Assembly: GCA_951406725.2 (NCBI GenBank)
Contig: OX597819.1
Coordinates: forward strand, 10,044,001 to 10,108,000
From: Octopus vulgaris
Taxonomy: Eukaryota
Direction: 5' to 3'
Length of the DNA: 64,000 bases
Position 1 is the stretch's first letter. Each line of letters begins with the position of its first letter. Positions 1-13,600 of this stretch are shown one piece after another. Below the pieces are notes generated by a model. It was not told where the DNA came from, searched no databases, and saw only the letters and a program-made list of their open reading frames with translations. The translations under genes were made by a program, and so were the position numbers.

Positions 1-530
1 CGCAATACACGGATATTATTTTGAGCTGAGTGGGGGTGCTAGATTCCCTTGTTTGAAAATATAAGGACACAGATCGTGTGGTAGAGTCAAATGGAGACGA
101 TGTCTCCTGGGGCTAAATTACAGCAACACTCGTCCTAAACCAGGACTGCCATGTTATGTTGGCAAATAATCTTTACTCCAAAGAACTGTTGCTGAATATC
201 TCTAGTTGAGAAATTTACAAATAGTAATTTTCTAATTTATAGATCAGTGACTAGTTGTCACTTTGAAAACTACATGTTTCAAACGGGAACTTGGCAGCGC
301 TACCTCTAGCCAAACAATTATTCTGTTTTGATGAAAGGAAATAACCTGGAAATCACAATACACAGGTATTGTTTTGAGCTGAGTGGGGGTGCTAGATTCC
401 CTTGTTCAAAAATATAAGGACACAGATCATGTGGTAGAGCCAGCTGGAGATGATGTCTCTTGGGGCTAAATTACAGCAACACTCATCCTAAACCAGGATT
501 GCCATGTTATGTTGGCAAATAATCTTTACT
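1..530 (+). mobile_element. Retrozyme-like tandem repeat (353-nt period, at least 1.5 copies, runs off the left edge) with a degenerate hammerhead ribozyme
   Basis: 1-177 repeats at 354-530 (offset 353). It shares sequence with 24546-24956 (tgggggt..cccct..aatataaggacacag..gggctaaa) and has a hammerhead-like core at 328-360. Confidence 0.65.
311..375 (+). ncRNA. Degenerate Type I hammerhead ribozyme
   Basis: Core TTGATGA 328-334 (C3U), stem II agg/cct with loop aaataa, GAAA 349-352, stem III atcacaat (cgcaat in the upstream copy), AUA triplet 358-360. Stem I tctgt/acagg is extended by aaacaat/attgttt. Confidence 0.55.
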
Positions 531-1757
531 ACATATAATATCTTATAACTATAGTCAACAAAATCCAGGAGGGAGGAGAAACAATGACAGATTTATAAAC
601 ATATTTGACCTTGAGATATTAACTTTTAAGCAGATTTTAGTATTAAGTAATACACACACACAACTATTATATAGGATTAGTTTAGACACCAGACTACAAT
701 GGTTTGTTTAAGAGAAATCAACTTTATGTTATGGTGAAAAGAAATGCTAAGATATTGGATCTACAAATAGGCACTTTAATAATTACAGGCTAGATTGAAT
801 TTATTTATAAGTGTAATCACAAAATCTACAGCATAAAGCCAAGACATAAATTTTCCCGCTGAACTGGCTACAAGTTTTCTAGTAACATCTTTTACAATAT
901 AACATTAAAAGCAAGTAATACTAATCCATTCTTCTTCTTTTTAATTTGGAATATTGAAATATTTCTGCTAAATGCTTTATTTTTACACACCCTAATCAAT
1001 CAACTTTTTAGCAAAAACTTCAGTTAACTTATCTTAATATATAACTACTTATTTTATGATAGGTAAAACTTTTCTAAACATCTATGTTTGAAGCTTGAAG
1101 CACTGCAGAAAACAGACAACAGTCAAAATTATAACATGTTGAGAATAAAATAAAGATTTTGCTGAGCAGCCAGAGTCAATTCTGCCTTGGCAGACCTCCA
1201 AGGACATAATCCATTAAATACTTTACTTTGTTAAGCTAACCTAATGTTTGGGCTTAAAATATGAAAAGCTCCATTTTAAAGATGGTTAGAATTTATCATG
1301 AGAGAGTCAGCTGCAACAATGAGCATGTTTCATGATTATAGATTCTTAAGTAACATCTTAAATAAAAATGGAAATTGTCAATAGTTGACATATCACTGTA
1401 CAAAACAAACTCTGAAATATAGTTTGGGTACAGTCAGAAGAACTCCTTGGTTTCAAGACCACAGCAATGAAGTTAGTTTCTGTAGTGAAGATGATTTCAT
1501 TAAAGCTAGGAGAAAAAAATGTACATCAAATGTGTAATGATGTTATATGTATTTCCTTCAATAGATGAAAAAAATAAACCTTTTCAAAGAAAAATTTTAA
1601 AGCAGTTTGATATTAAAAAACAAAAATGGTTGGTGGAGATGTAACTATTTTTTGTTGATAATACAATTTATACATATGAGAAACAGTTCAGATATCACCA
1701 GTTAGAGAATTACGAACAAGGGGATTAATTCCGTAGACCATAAGACTACCAGCAGCA

Positions 1758-1772
1758 TACACACACACACAC

Positions 1773-1817
<45 letters not shown>
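1758..1817. repeat. (CA)n-TT-(TG)n inverted microsatellite
   Basis: Read directly from the sequence. Confidence 0.9.
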
Positions 1818-1820
<3 letters not shown>

Positions 1821-2292
1821 GTATTTTGAAAGTATTTTGTCTTTTTGAAAAGTAACAAAAAAAAAATTTTTTTTTTTTTTGCAATTAGAAATAAATAGTC
1901 TTGTGAAGTTTCATTTCTCAGTAATTACTTTTCAGAAATACAAATTACATGGTAATGTGGTAGAATCCATGATTTCTTAACTTTAAAGCTGGCTGTCAGT
2001 GAGAATTCTTGGTCAGAAGAAAAAGAAATTGCTTCAGAATATCTACTGGAATACCTCATGACCTCAAGTATACAGTAATGTATGTGGTGTGTGAATCTCT
2101 GTGTGTGTGTACATCTATAATATATAAATGCCTAAATACACACATACATTGAATGTCTATTTTGTATACAATCATAATTTATATCGAAAAATAACTTGAT
2201 TAATAATTTGGTTGCATCATTTTAATTTACACTATTTACAACCACAAGTGGATATAATTTCCTATATATATATATGTATGTGTGTGTGTGTG

Positions 2293-2329
<37 letters not shown>

Positions 2330-3217
2330 ACCGACCAGACCATCAGATGTTGTTACACACCGCTGGTCACAATGCGTTCGTATTGTTTTAGCCTTCGAAT
2401 GACGCCACCCCGCTGGCTAAGAGAGCAGGCCAATATATATATATATATATACAAACTCTAAATTTTCCATCAAGCAGATGCAAATAAATTCTGTGTTTAT
2501 ATGTGTAAGAATTAGAATGAACATAACTTGCAAATGGATTCTGAGGGATGTATTTAACAATGTGTTCTTAAAAATTAAACAAAATGAATGGTGAATATCA
2601 ACCAAGAATGAGAAGTCTACCAGTGCGTATGGCTTCAATGTTTGTTTTTCTAAGACTCTGTTTAGACATATGAGGAGAAATTCAAATGGGAACTTTGTTA
2701 TTAGTATTGTTTCTAACTGAAGAAATGTTAAAAATGTGTAATGAATCATAAAGTTTCGTTTTTTTCACTGATTCAGCAAACAGTGAGTTACCAGTCAAAG
2801 TTAAACTAAAGACACTGGTTTGATGTCAGTCATAGAAAGTGGGCAGGAAAAAAATGCCTGAAATTCTCTTATCTCTTTCAGACTACACACACACACACAC
2901 AATCATTGATAAAAAATATGAATACACCAGGAATCCTTTTAATGAGGAATCAATAGTTTGGCTCAAATCAATTTTTTTTACAGATTTAAAAACAATATTT
3001 CATTTGAAAAAAAAAAAAAATAATAAAGAAAAACAGATAACTTTGTCATCTCAGGTGAGAGGGCCGCATTGACAATGATATACACAAGCGGAGAAGCACA
3101 ACAATATCAACTCAATACTATGAGCTAATACTAGTAACCACTGCATTAAAAAATATAGATATAGATGTATAACAATTGTGGCTGCTTACATTTTTTTTGT
3201 TCGTGTGTGTGTGTGTG

Positions 3218-3259
<42 letters not shown>

Positions 3260-6200
3260 GGTCAACTCATCACATTACATACAACAAATGAAATTGCTTT
3301 GGGTAGCAACGTAAAAACAGAAGTAACTAACAGGATTGAAATAGTCAATATGGCAAAACTGATGAGAGATCAAATCCCACTGGGAGAGGTAATGGAATAA
3401 AAAAAGGAAAAAAAAAAAAGAAAAAGAAAATCAAAGAAACAAACAAAGCCCTATCCAAACAATAATAGCTTCATGTTTTTATTTGCTTGAGGAAAGTAAA
3501 AGAAGAAAAAAAAATGACAAAGAAAGGGAGACGTAAAAAAACAAAAGAGGAAGATGGGAGAAAGGAAAGAGATGGGAATAACGACATACATTTGGCAAGG
3601 GTATGTTCACTCCTAAAGAAATATCAAAATTCAACATCAATGCACAGAGGGGGAAAGTGTGGAAGTAGAAAGCTCAACAAAACCAGACATAAAAACAACC
3701 AACAGCAGATTTATATAATTGGGAAATAAATCAGCAATCTACACAGGTTTCCCCTCTCTATGATGGAGAATGAGGCTTCATTACTAAATAACCCTTCTCT
3801 TACAATAAAGCTGTGTGCTTTTCGTGCACAATTGTTGGTCTTTATAGATCGCATACAAATCCAGGAAAATCTCATTAGTTTCCATTAGATCCGTTGCACA
3901 TCGTCCTTCAAAACATACTGCCCCCTGCCCTCTTAAAACTCATCTACATAGTCATGAATATGATACTAATATTAACAATAATATTTTTACATACAGATTT
4001 AAGCCATAGTTTAAGCGCACTGCAGGATGCATTCTGCTGATCTAGCTCATGAATTTGAACGAATTGGAAATTATAACAATGAAATTATCAGAAAAACTGC
4101 AATTTCATATCAAAGTTGCTTGCACTTATAAATGCCTCAATGTTTGGCCTTCTATAAGGAACAGGGACAATATTACCTAAAAGGGGAAAATATATTTTGT
4201 ATGCATTAAGGCAATAAAACTTGCTTAAAGGTTTGTCAACTAATTCAGTAATAGGTTATAAGATACATAACCAAACAGTAAATTTCTTGTAACTAATTTA
4301 CAACAGAGTGATGTAAATTGCTTATTAATATACCAGATTAATTATGGAAGGGTTTGACTTCATGACTTTTAGGTCCAGAAGGGTTCCACGACTTTTAGCT
4401 CCAGCACATTTATCACCGTATCAGTGATATCAAAACCACATTTCTGAACAGCTGTGCAGCTGTGTGTGTGTAGAATAACTGAGATAGTGACCGATTTGAA
4501 TCAGTGATTAGAGAAAACACTTTCACAAAAACAAAAAAAAAAAAGTCACAATAAACAATGTACAACTCCAACAGATATTGCATCAATGCAGAACTGAAAA
4601 AGCTAGTAGTGGAATATAACTTACAGATATCACTTATGAAAAATTATTAGAATTCTAGCAAAAACACCTGAACAGAATTGAGTCAACATTTTATTTTCTT
4701 TTTAGCAAAGAATATGCGATGACTTGGGGAATTTGATAATTTTATATCAATATAGGAAAATTGTTTATATTTTTACAAATAAAGGCCTCTACCACCGAAG
4801 AAAAATACAACACAATATTCAATGGAGAAACATGTAGTAAATCAATGTTTCTCATTGGATATCCAACAGAAGCAATAAGTAATAAATAAACTAGACACTT
4901 TTACTAACTATTGAAGAGTAAAGCTGTAGCCACTATGAACCAGTTATACTTTATTATTTACAATATACTATAAGCAGAGTGTAGTAAAATAAAAGTTGTT
5001 GTTTGTGAAAAATAAGAACAATGTTTTCTCCTATCTACATTTGATTTTAACCACTAAAGAGTTATTGTACTGAACAGAGCAGAATTACAAGCAGTTGCTG
5101 ATGAAACACTGTTTCTCGTTAGCTTAATACAATAATACCGTGAGTAATTAAAATAAATTAAATTAATAAAATACTGTCTGGAATGTCCAAGACTGAAAAT
5201 AACATCATAAAAATCTTGATAACTATTTTCTTCTGAATTACTTTTAAGTAATATATAAGTTCATATATATCTAACTGGAAAGTTGACAAAATATTGCTGA
5301 CTAAATAAAACATTTCTCTTAATTTCACTGCTCTCAGGAAATTCAACTTAATTTTCGTTAAAATCAGTTTAAAATAATCTCTCAGTGAGACTGATAAATT
5401 TGATTTTTTTTTTAATATTCTACTTGGTTATATTACTGTGTCAGAGTATCCTATAAAAGTGTGGTATTTATCCACAATGATAACTGTATGACAGTTATTA
5501 AGTCTATATCAATTTACTTAGAGGATATGTGAATCATTCACAAATAGTCTAAGGGACATCATTTTCAATGTAGAACAATCCACCATTCTTTGGAAATATG
5601 TTATTTAACACTACCAGAAAATTTGGTCTTCTCTGCTGATTTTTTTTCTTTTGTTAATTGAAAAAAAAAAAAAAACCAAATAATTTTATAACAAATTTCA
5701 ACTTTTCCTAGCACTACATCTAATAAAACAACTTTTCTATAGAAAATATACATAAGCTTATTTAAGTGAAAGTAAATATTCAAACTATTCACTATGGATT
5801 TTTAAGGGAATGTAAAAGGGGAAAGGTCTAGATTTGTTTGTAAGTTCCTTTGTTAAATAGAATATTACTTAAACCGTTTTTTGTTAGCTTTTTACTTGTA
5901 ATTTTTTTTTTTGCCCATGGATTAACTACTCAAACCTTCGCCCTTGTATTATAACTCTGAAAGGGGACAGAATTAAAAAATGAGTGGAAAAGTAAAAAAG
6001 AAAAATAAAGCCATTAGAAGGGGAGCATCAATTACTTTTGTTATTATCTGATGATCATTAGTTGAACATTGGCATTTTTCTTCTTCATCTGTAGTTCTGC
6101 AACTTACATTCTTCATTCTGGTTCTCAGTTGGAATAAAAAAAAGAGTGTTTCTATTTCAGATCCAAAAGTTACTCAGAGCAGTTAAAATACCCAACAACA

Positions 6201-6320
6201 ACAACAAATAATAATAATAATAATAATAAGATTGCTGTAAGACTCAATGCTCTAGTAAAATGCAACATGTAAAAGTTGCAACTGATGCCTGATGAACATG
6301 TCTGGGACAAAAAGTGTCTG

Positions 6321-6432
6321 TGTAGTAGTAGTAATCATAGCAGTAGTAGTAGTGGTGGTGATGATGATGATGGCAATAATAATAATAATAATAGTAATAA
6401 TGATAATAATAATAATAATAATGTAGATGATG
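6321..6432. repeat. Compound AGT/GAT/AAT microsatellite in the presumed 3' UTR
   Basis: Read directly; lies about 140 nt downstream of the stop codon on the minus strand. Confidence 0.85.
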
Positions 6433-6566
6433 AGTGTAAAATTAAATGGTATGTCAGACTAACTGCTGGTTATCCCTTGCCACATTGCACCTGCCATGGA
6501 CAGAGGCGAGAGAGAAAGTGATAGATACACAGACAAAGGTAAAATTTGGATAGCAGACATAGCAAG

Positions 6567-6756
6567 TCATACTTCATTCTCTCCATGGAAAAAGAAGCCA
6601 CACTGTTCAATGAGAGTTTGTAAAATTTCAAGAGGAATCCGAGAATTGTAAGTCAATTCTCCGTAAGACTGAAAGTCCATTCGAATTAAAGTTGGCCACC
6701 AACACCTTGCTAAATTTTTACTGTCCATGTTGTTGGTAGCGTAGGAACGGCTGATT
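6567..6756 (-). CDS. RhoGAPp190: p190RhoGAP last coding exon ([28 protein letters not shown]...[11 protein letters not shown])
   Basis: TTTTTTTCAG acceptor at 6757-6766, phase 2, TGA at 6567-6569; C-terminal RhoGAP motif. Confidence 0.95.
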
Positions 6757-9666
6757 CTGAAAAAAGAAGATAGAGATAAATAGACCCTTTATGATTTTGT
6801 TATTGATGAACATTCAAAACAGAATAAATCAAACTGCTTACTAAGGCAATAATAGAAGATTACAACCAAGTACAATGGATGGAAGCACTCCGTCGGTTAC
6901 GACGACGAGGGTTCCGGTTGATCCGAATCAACGGAACAGCCTGCTCGTGAAATTAACGTGTAAGTGGTTGAGCACTCCACAGACACGTGTACCCTTAACG
7001 TAGTTCTCGGGGATATTCAGCGTGACACAGAGAGTGACAAGGCCGGCCCTTTGAAATACAGGTACAACAGAAACAGGAAGTAAGAGTGAGAGAGAAAGTT
7101 GTGGTGAAAGAGTACAGCAGGGATCACCACCATCCCCTGCCGGAGCCTCTTGGAGCTTTAGGTGTTTTCGCTCAATAAATACTCACAACGCCCGGTCTGG
7201 GAATCGAAACCGCGATCCTACAACCGCGAGTTCGCTGCCCTAACCACTGGGCCATTGCGCCCCCACGTACAACCAAGTACAATAGTGCATCTTACAAAGG
7301 GAATAATATTTAAAGCAAACCAAGGTAAGTAGAATTTACACAAAACAGTATAAGGCATAAGGAACTTAAGAATATTGAAAAGGATATATCTGATATACAT
7401 TCATATAGAAACATTAAGTAGTTTGACAGCAGTCACTTCTTAGAATGTGGTAATTCTTTCTACTATAAGCCTCACCTGGCCCCCGTGCCGGTGGCACATA
7501 AAAGCACCATCCGTTCGTGGCTGTTGCCAGCCTCGCCAGTGGCACGTAAAAAGCACCATCCGATCGTGGCCGTTGCCAGCCTCGCCCCCGTGCCGGTGGC
7601 ACGTAAAAAGCACCATCCGTCTGCCAGCTCCATCTGGCACCTGTGCGGGTGGCACGTAAAAAGCACCCACTACACTCACGGAGTGGTTGGCGTTAGGAAG
7701 GGCATCCAGCCGTAGAAACACTGCCAGATCAGACTGGGCCTGATGCAGCCTTCTGGCTTCACAGACCCCAGTTGAACCGTCCAACCCATGCTAGCGTGGA
7801 AAGCGGACACTAAATAATGATGATGATGATAAGCAGATCGCCTGGAATTTTATGGGAGGAGGCGAGTCAATGACATCAACCAGTGTTCAACTGTACTTAT
7901 TTTATTGACCTCAAAAAGATGGAAGACAAAGCTGACCTCAGTGGAACTTGAACTGTAAAGACAGATAGGCACAAGGCCTGAAATTTTTGGAGAGTGGAAT
8001 AGTCAATTACATTGACCCCAGTACTCAACTGGTACTTATTTTACTGACCCTAAAAGGATGAAAGGCAAAGTCGACCTTGGCAGAATTTGAACTCAGAATG
8101 TAAAGATGGACGAAATGCCAGTAAGCCTGGCATGGTAACGATTCTGCCAGTTCACTGCCTCAATAATAATAATAATAATAATAAAAATACAGACGGGCTA
8201 CTCGACCTGAAGAAATATTCTAACTAGGTCCCACCTGCAAGGTCTTGCGCTGTTTTAGAGATCACCATGTCATGCACATATGGTTGTGATGCATGTGCCT
8301 TGTGTACCCTATCAAACGGATAGTCTTGATGGGTATATTGGGCTTTGTATATTTGTACCCCAGTGTCACTTTGATGGCATGCATTTCTCTCTCGCTCAAT
8401 AATAATAAGGGTTTCAAATTTTGGTACAAGATCAGCAATTTTTAGGGAAAGGGATTAGTCAATTCCATCAACTGGTGCTTATTTTGTCAACCCTAAACGG
8501 ATGATTTGTCAGAATTTGAACTCTGAACATAAAACTGGGAGAAATACCTATTTCTTTATTACCCTCAAGGGTCTAAACACAGAAGGGACAAACAATGATA
8601 GACAAATGATTAAGTCAATTATATTGACCCCAGTGCGTAACTACTACTACTAAGGTGGTGAGCTGGCAGAACTATTTGCATGCCAGGCAAAATGCTTAGT
8701 GATATTTTGTACATCTTTATGTTCTGAGTTCAAATTCTGCTGAGGTCAACTTTGCTGTTCATTGTTTCAGGGTTGAACTGGTACTTATTTTTAAGTACCA
8801 GTTGAGCACTTGGAGTTGATATTATTGACATACACCCTCCCCTGAAATAGCTGGCCTTGTGCCACAATTTGAAACTATTATTGTTATCATTATTATTATT
8901 GATGTAATAAATAAGACTGAGAATTTGTTAGTAGTGAATTTGTTAGTAGTGTGGTGCATAAGATCATGGTACTGTGTACTTACCGACTGAAATGGGTAAT
9001 GAGGTACTTGAGAACTTCATAATTTGTAGGTGGTAATTTCTTAAGGACTCCTCTTAATGCTAATAGTCTGCTGCTTTTCTCTGGAAACCCTAGGAATAAA
9101 ACAGTTTAAAAAAAATACATTTAATTTGATAACATGAAAGCGTGACACACATTCACTTTGAAATATAAATTTTCAACATTTATGTATTTTGCAAACAATG
9201 GTTATTGAAACTACATTTAGGAGTTATTTCTTTCTTTCGCCTGTAACAACTAACTTGTATAGGTATATGCTAGGTTTTGCGTGCATGCATACATATATAT
9301 GCATTTGTATATATTTATGTCTGTATATGTATGTAATCATGTACCTACATCTGTATGTTTAGTGTATATACGTATACTATTGATTGTTTGGTATGTGTAT
9401 GTATTGCTAAATGTATATGCAATTTAGTGTGAACATTTTTTAAACGGATATATCTTTTAATCTATTATTACTTTTACAGCTAATTATTTACTCTGGTTTA
9501 TTCAGGCCTTTTTCCTTCTTCATAAACTATTTTTGATTTAAGGTTTTCTTTGATTATTTCTGCATATCACTTTATCTTGCTCCATTCTAAACAAAACTGT
9601 CCAACAAACGGGAAGGTGAAACTCTGAGTAACAGTTTTTGTGATATTTTTGCAGCTTTTTAATAGA

Positions 9667-9739
<73 letters not shown>

Positions 9740-10273
9740 ACAGGCTTCTTTCAGTTTCCAAATACCAGATTCACTCACAAGGTTTGGGTCACCCAGAGCT
9801 ATAAGTAATTGAAGACACTTGCCTAAAGTGCAACACAGTAGGACTGAACCTGAAATCAAATAGCTGGAAAGGAAACCTCTTAACCATACAACCATGCCTA
9901 ACACTAATTAGGCCTAAAACTTACCTTGTGTCAGGTAGATCACTCAGCTGTTGCAGCGCACAACTTTGAACATCACATATACTTATTAACAAATCTCAAC
10001 CTTAAAAAACAGCTAAAAATGTCTAGTATATTAAAAATGTTAAAATGATTAATCATCTCAGAATCATTAAAATCTGGAGTCAACAATAGACCTACAGATA
10101 AGCAGATATGCACATAAAATAACATCTGCAAATGAATTTTGTTGATAAATATTCATAAGAAAACTTTCTCTGTGAGTGTGGACTGAATCTTCACATCAAA
10201 ACTCTTGTAATAAGTATTCCTAAATGATAACATGTTTGCATTAATCACTTCAGTAAAATGCTTCCACATGGTT

Positions 10274-10312
<39 letters not shown>

Positions 10313-10633
10313 TCTTTTACTTGTTTCAGTCATTTGACTGCGGCCATGCTGGAGCACCGCCTTTTAGTCAAGCAAATTGACCCCGGGACTTATTCTTTGT
10401 AAGCCTAGTACTTATTCTATTGGTCTCTTTTGCCGAACCGCTAAGTAACGGGGACGTAAACATACCAGCATACGACAGGCTTCTTTCAGTTTCCGTCTAC
10501 CAAATCCACTCACAAGGCTTTGGTCGGCCCGAGGCTATAGTAGAAGACACTTTCCCAAGGTGCCACGCAGTGGGACTGAACCCGGAACCGTGTGATTGGT
10601 AAGCAAGCTACTTACCACACAGCCACTCCTGCG

Positions 10634-10676
<43 letters not shown>

Positions 10677-13600
10677 CAGAGTATGCCAATAACTCTTGAG
10701 AAGCTAAATATGCAAAACACCTCAATTCTATGTTTGATGACCCCCTGCTTCGCATTTGCACAGTAGTTTTGTCTTGGGTCAGGTTATCTCAACTACTTTT
10801 AAATAATAATCTTTATTATTCAGTACTCTATACAAAACAATACTAGTACATATAGTCAACAAACAAATAAAACAGGTTGTTTGGTCCTTCTAAAGACTGA
10901 GGAAAAGTCCTATTTTGATTGTTTAATTTTCATTCCCCATACGACCAATAAAGTAAGTACTAGTCAAAAGAAATAAGTGATACCCAAGTTTCATTCTTTT
11001 GCATCAAAAATTCTTACTTTCAGTAATTTACTTCATATAAATTCTTCAGATTCACTTACTTCTAAACTCTTTGTTTCATGATGTTCTAAGACATGATATT
11101 ACTGCAGAGTACTGTATTTAATCTTTATACATACAACTTTAAATAATCAATTAAAAATTGATTGGACTTTCTTTTATTCTTTTACTTGTTTCAGTCATTT
11201 GACTGCGGCCATGCTGGAGCACCACCTTTAGTCGACCAAATCGACCCCGGGACTTATTCTTTGTAAGCCCAGTACTTATTCTATCGGTCTCTTTTGCCGA
11301 ACCGCTAAGTGACGGGGATGTAAACACACCAGCATCGGTTGTCAAGCAATGCTAGGGGGACAAACACAGACACACAAACACACATATATATACGACAGGC
11401 TTCTTTCAGTTTCCGTCTACCAAATCCACTCACAAGGCATTGGTCGGCCCGGGGCTATAGCAGAAGACACTTGCCCAAGATGCCATGCAGTGGGACTGAA
11501 CCCAGAACCATGTGGTTGGTTAGCAAGCTACTTACCACACAGCCACTCCTGCACCTGGTAAATTTTTCCTATTTTATGAATTGACCCAATGAGGAAGGGT
11601 GAAACATAAACTGTAGACTCACCGGAGAAGAATGGTGAGGAAGTTAGTGTAGAAAATCCTTTATTTCAGGTGTTAAAGGTACTTACCTCTATAGTAATTT
11701 CAGAAAGTGTTTTTATTTACATTTTTTTTTAAGGTAGGGAATTGCATTTAGAATTCAGTGTAGAACCGACAGACGAAGTTACAGTATAGGGAGGAGTTTC
11801 AGAAGTAAATGGGGAAAATAGATGCAAAGAGAGGGTTTGACTGAATGTTGGGAATGACTCGGAAAGTTCAGAGGAGAAGACACTACAGACATTGTGGGAT
11901 AAAGACAGAGCAGGGAAGGTTTTCATACATATTCAGGATTTGGAAACTGATTTTCTATGTACTGAAATGGGCACTTGTAGTTTCTTCAAAACAACATACA
12001 AAACAATCTACATTTTTGATGCTGTAAAGGTCATTAGCACAAATGATTATCTAGGTTGCTATATTTTATCAGTTTCACCATCTTAGTTGTATGAGCATCA
12101 ATTCTTAGTCTCAGACATCAAACACGTTACAACATAGATCTTGAAGCTGCTTGACATTGAACATTTCCAGTTTCTAATTGAACTGGATTCTTAAAAGCTT
12201 GTATCAACTTTACAAAAGAAAAGGGACGAGAAAAAAATTTTTTATGGAAAACAAAATCATGTGAATAGTAGTGCTAATATTTGTTCTATCACAAAATAGA
12301 TGTATTGATGACATAAATTGGAAGCAGCTCAAAGTGAAAGTGAAAATAGGACAGGTGAAACAGTGTTTTCTAGAGAGGGAGGGATAAAGAAAAGAATAGG
12401 TGCATTAGGTGACAACATGACAACAGACAAATGTCTAAAGTTATTACCTGCTCCATCTTTTCCTTCTGCAGCATGAAATGGAAACAATAAGGTATTTTGT
12501 AATGTGTGTGGTGACATTTATTGAAGAAAAACAACAATGATCTTTCTTGATAGAAACAGGAGACATAACAGAACAGATTTTTTTTTTAAAAATTAGAAGC
12601 AATATAGATTAAAATATGCTTATTAATCTTATTCTCAAATATGGAAAATAAGTCTTGGCCCTAAAGAAAAACAACAGCAGCATCTCTGATATCTTTACAA
12701 AGTTGAGTGGATGTCAAGGCTGTTATCCACTTGATTAATATCAGAAGTTTCAACTGTTTCTTCAGTTATTGTTTTGTGCTTCAAGCCAAGATAAACATCT
12801 CAGTTGTAACTAAAATACCACATTCTCTTGACACATATAATAATTTAAAACCCTACTTCAGAGCTGAACAGTTAACCACAGAAAGGGTATCCAACTGTGA
12901 AAGCAACTAGTGTTTCAGCAAAAACCAGCCTACTCATGCTATCATGGAAAGAAGGGTATAAAATAAAAGCAATTTTTCCATGCAAGCTTGAGCAAAATGG
13001 TCTGTATATGAATGTTTTGAGTAATACTTCTTATGAAACTGAATTATCTTCCTGAAGTTAACCATGAGATAAGGAGTTGGAGAACTAACCCTTGTTAAGT
13101 ATTACACCATAAGATGTAATACTTACCAAGGGGTATAAAACAATATTTATACAAAGACTTTAACTAGTAGCAAGTAGCTCAGACACTTATAACTCATTTT
13201 TTGCTAGCCAGCATTGTTAATTACTAGACTAACCTTTAGAATGTATTGCAGATGTTTGTAACATAGCATTCAAAGATAGTATGGCATGTTAATCAAATCC
13301 CTATTTATGGTTAATATATATATTAAAAATAAATGTAAATTACAAGTGTAAGATGTTTTTTAAATTATGAAGCCACAAAGACTTGTTAACTTTATACGAC
13401 AAAAAGAAAATTGGCAAGTGGCCACGGTTCTGGACTGGCAGCTCACAAATCTCAGCTCTACATCTTCAGCAGAAACTCTATTGTATATTAGCAACTACTT
13501 TCATTTTTATATTGCCACTCTGTTTTCATGTTAACAATAGTATTTAGACATTTTATGATATGTTATCTCTGGACCTGTACAGGGAAAAATTTATCACTCT

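Noticed and set aside
5090-5130. Other CTGATGA hammerhead-core hits (e.g. 5098, 22475, 23202, 38380)
   Set aside because: No correctly placed stem II, GAAA and NUH with a closing stem I.
6276-6521. 81-aa ORF with poly-S/D/N
   Set aside because: A microsatellite translation antisense to the presumed 3' UTR.
7414-7784. Recurrent ORFs such as MDGSTG...[21 protein letters not shown] and [16 protein letters not shown]... at many loci
   Set aside because: These are translations of multi-copy SINE families B and C on either strand, not protein-coding genes.
11600-12090. Ser/Thr-rich ORF 11729-11926 and nearby donor-like sites as an alternative exon
   Set aside because: No acceptor/donor pair gives an open frame compatible with the RhoGAP exons.
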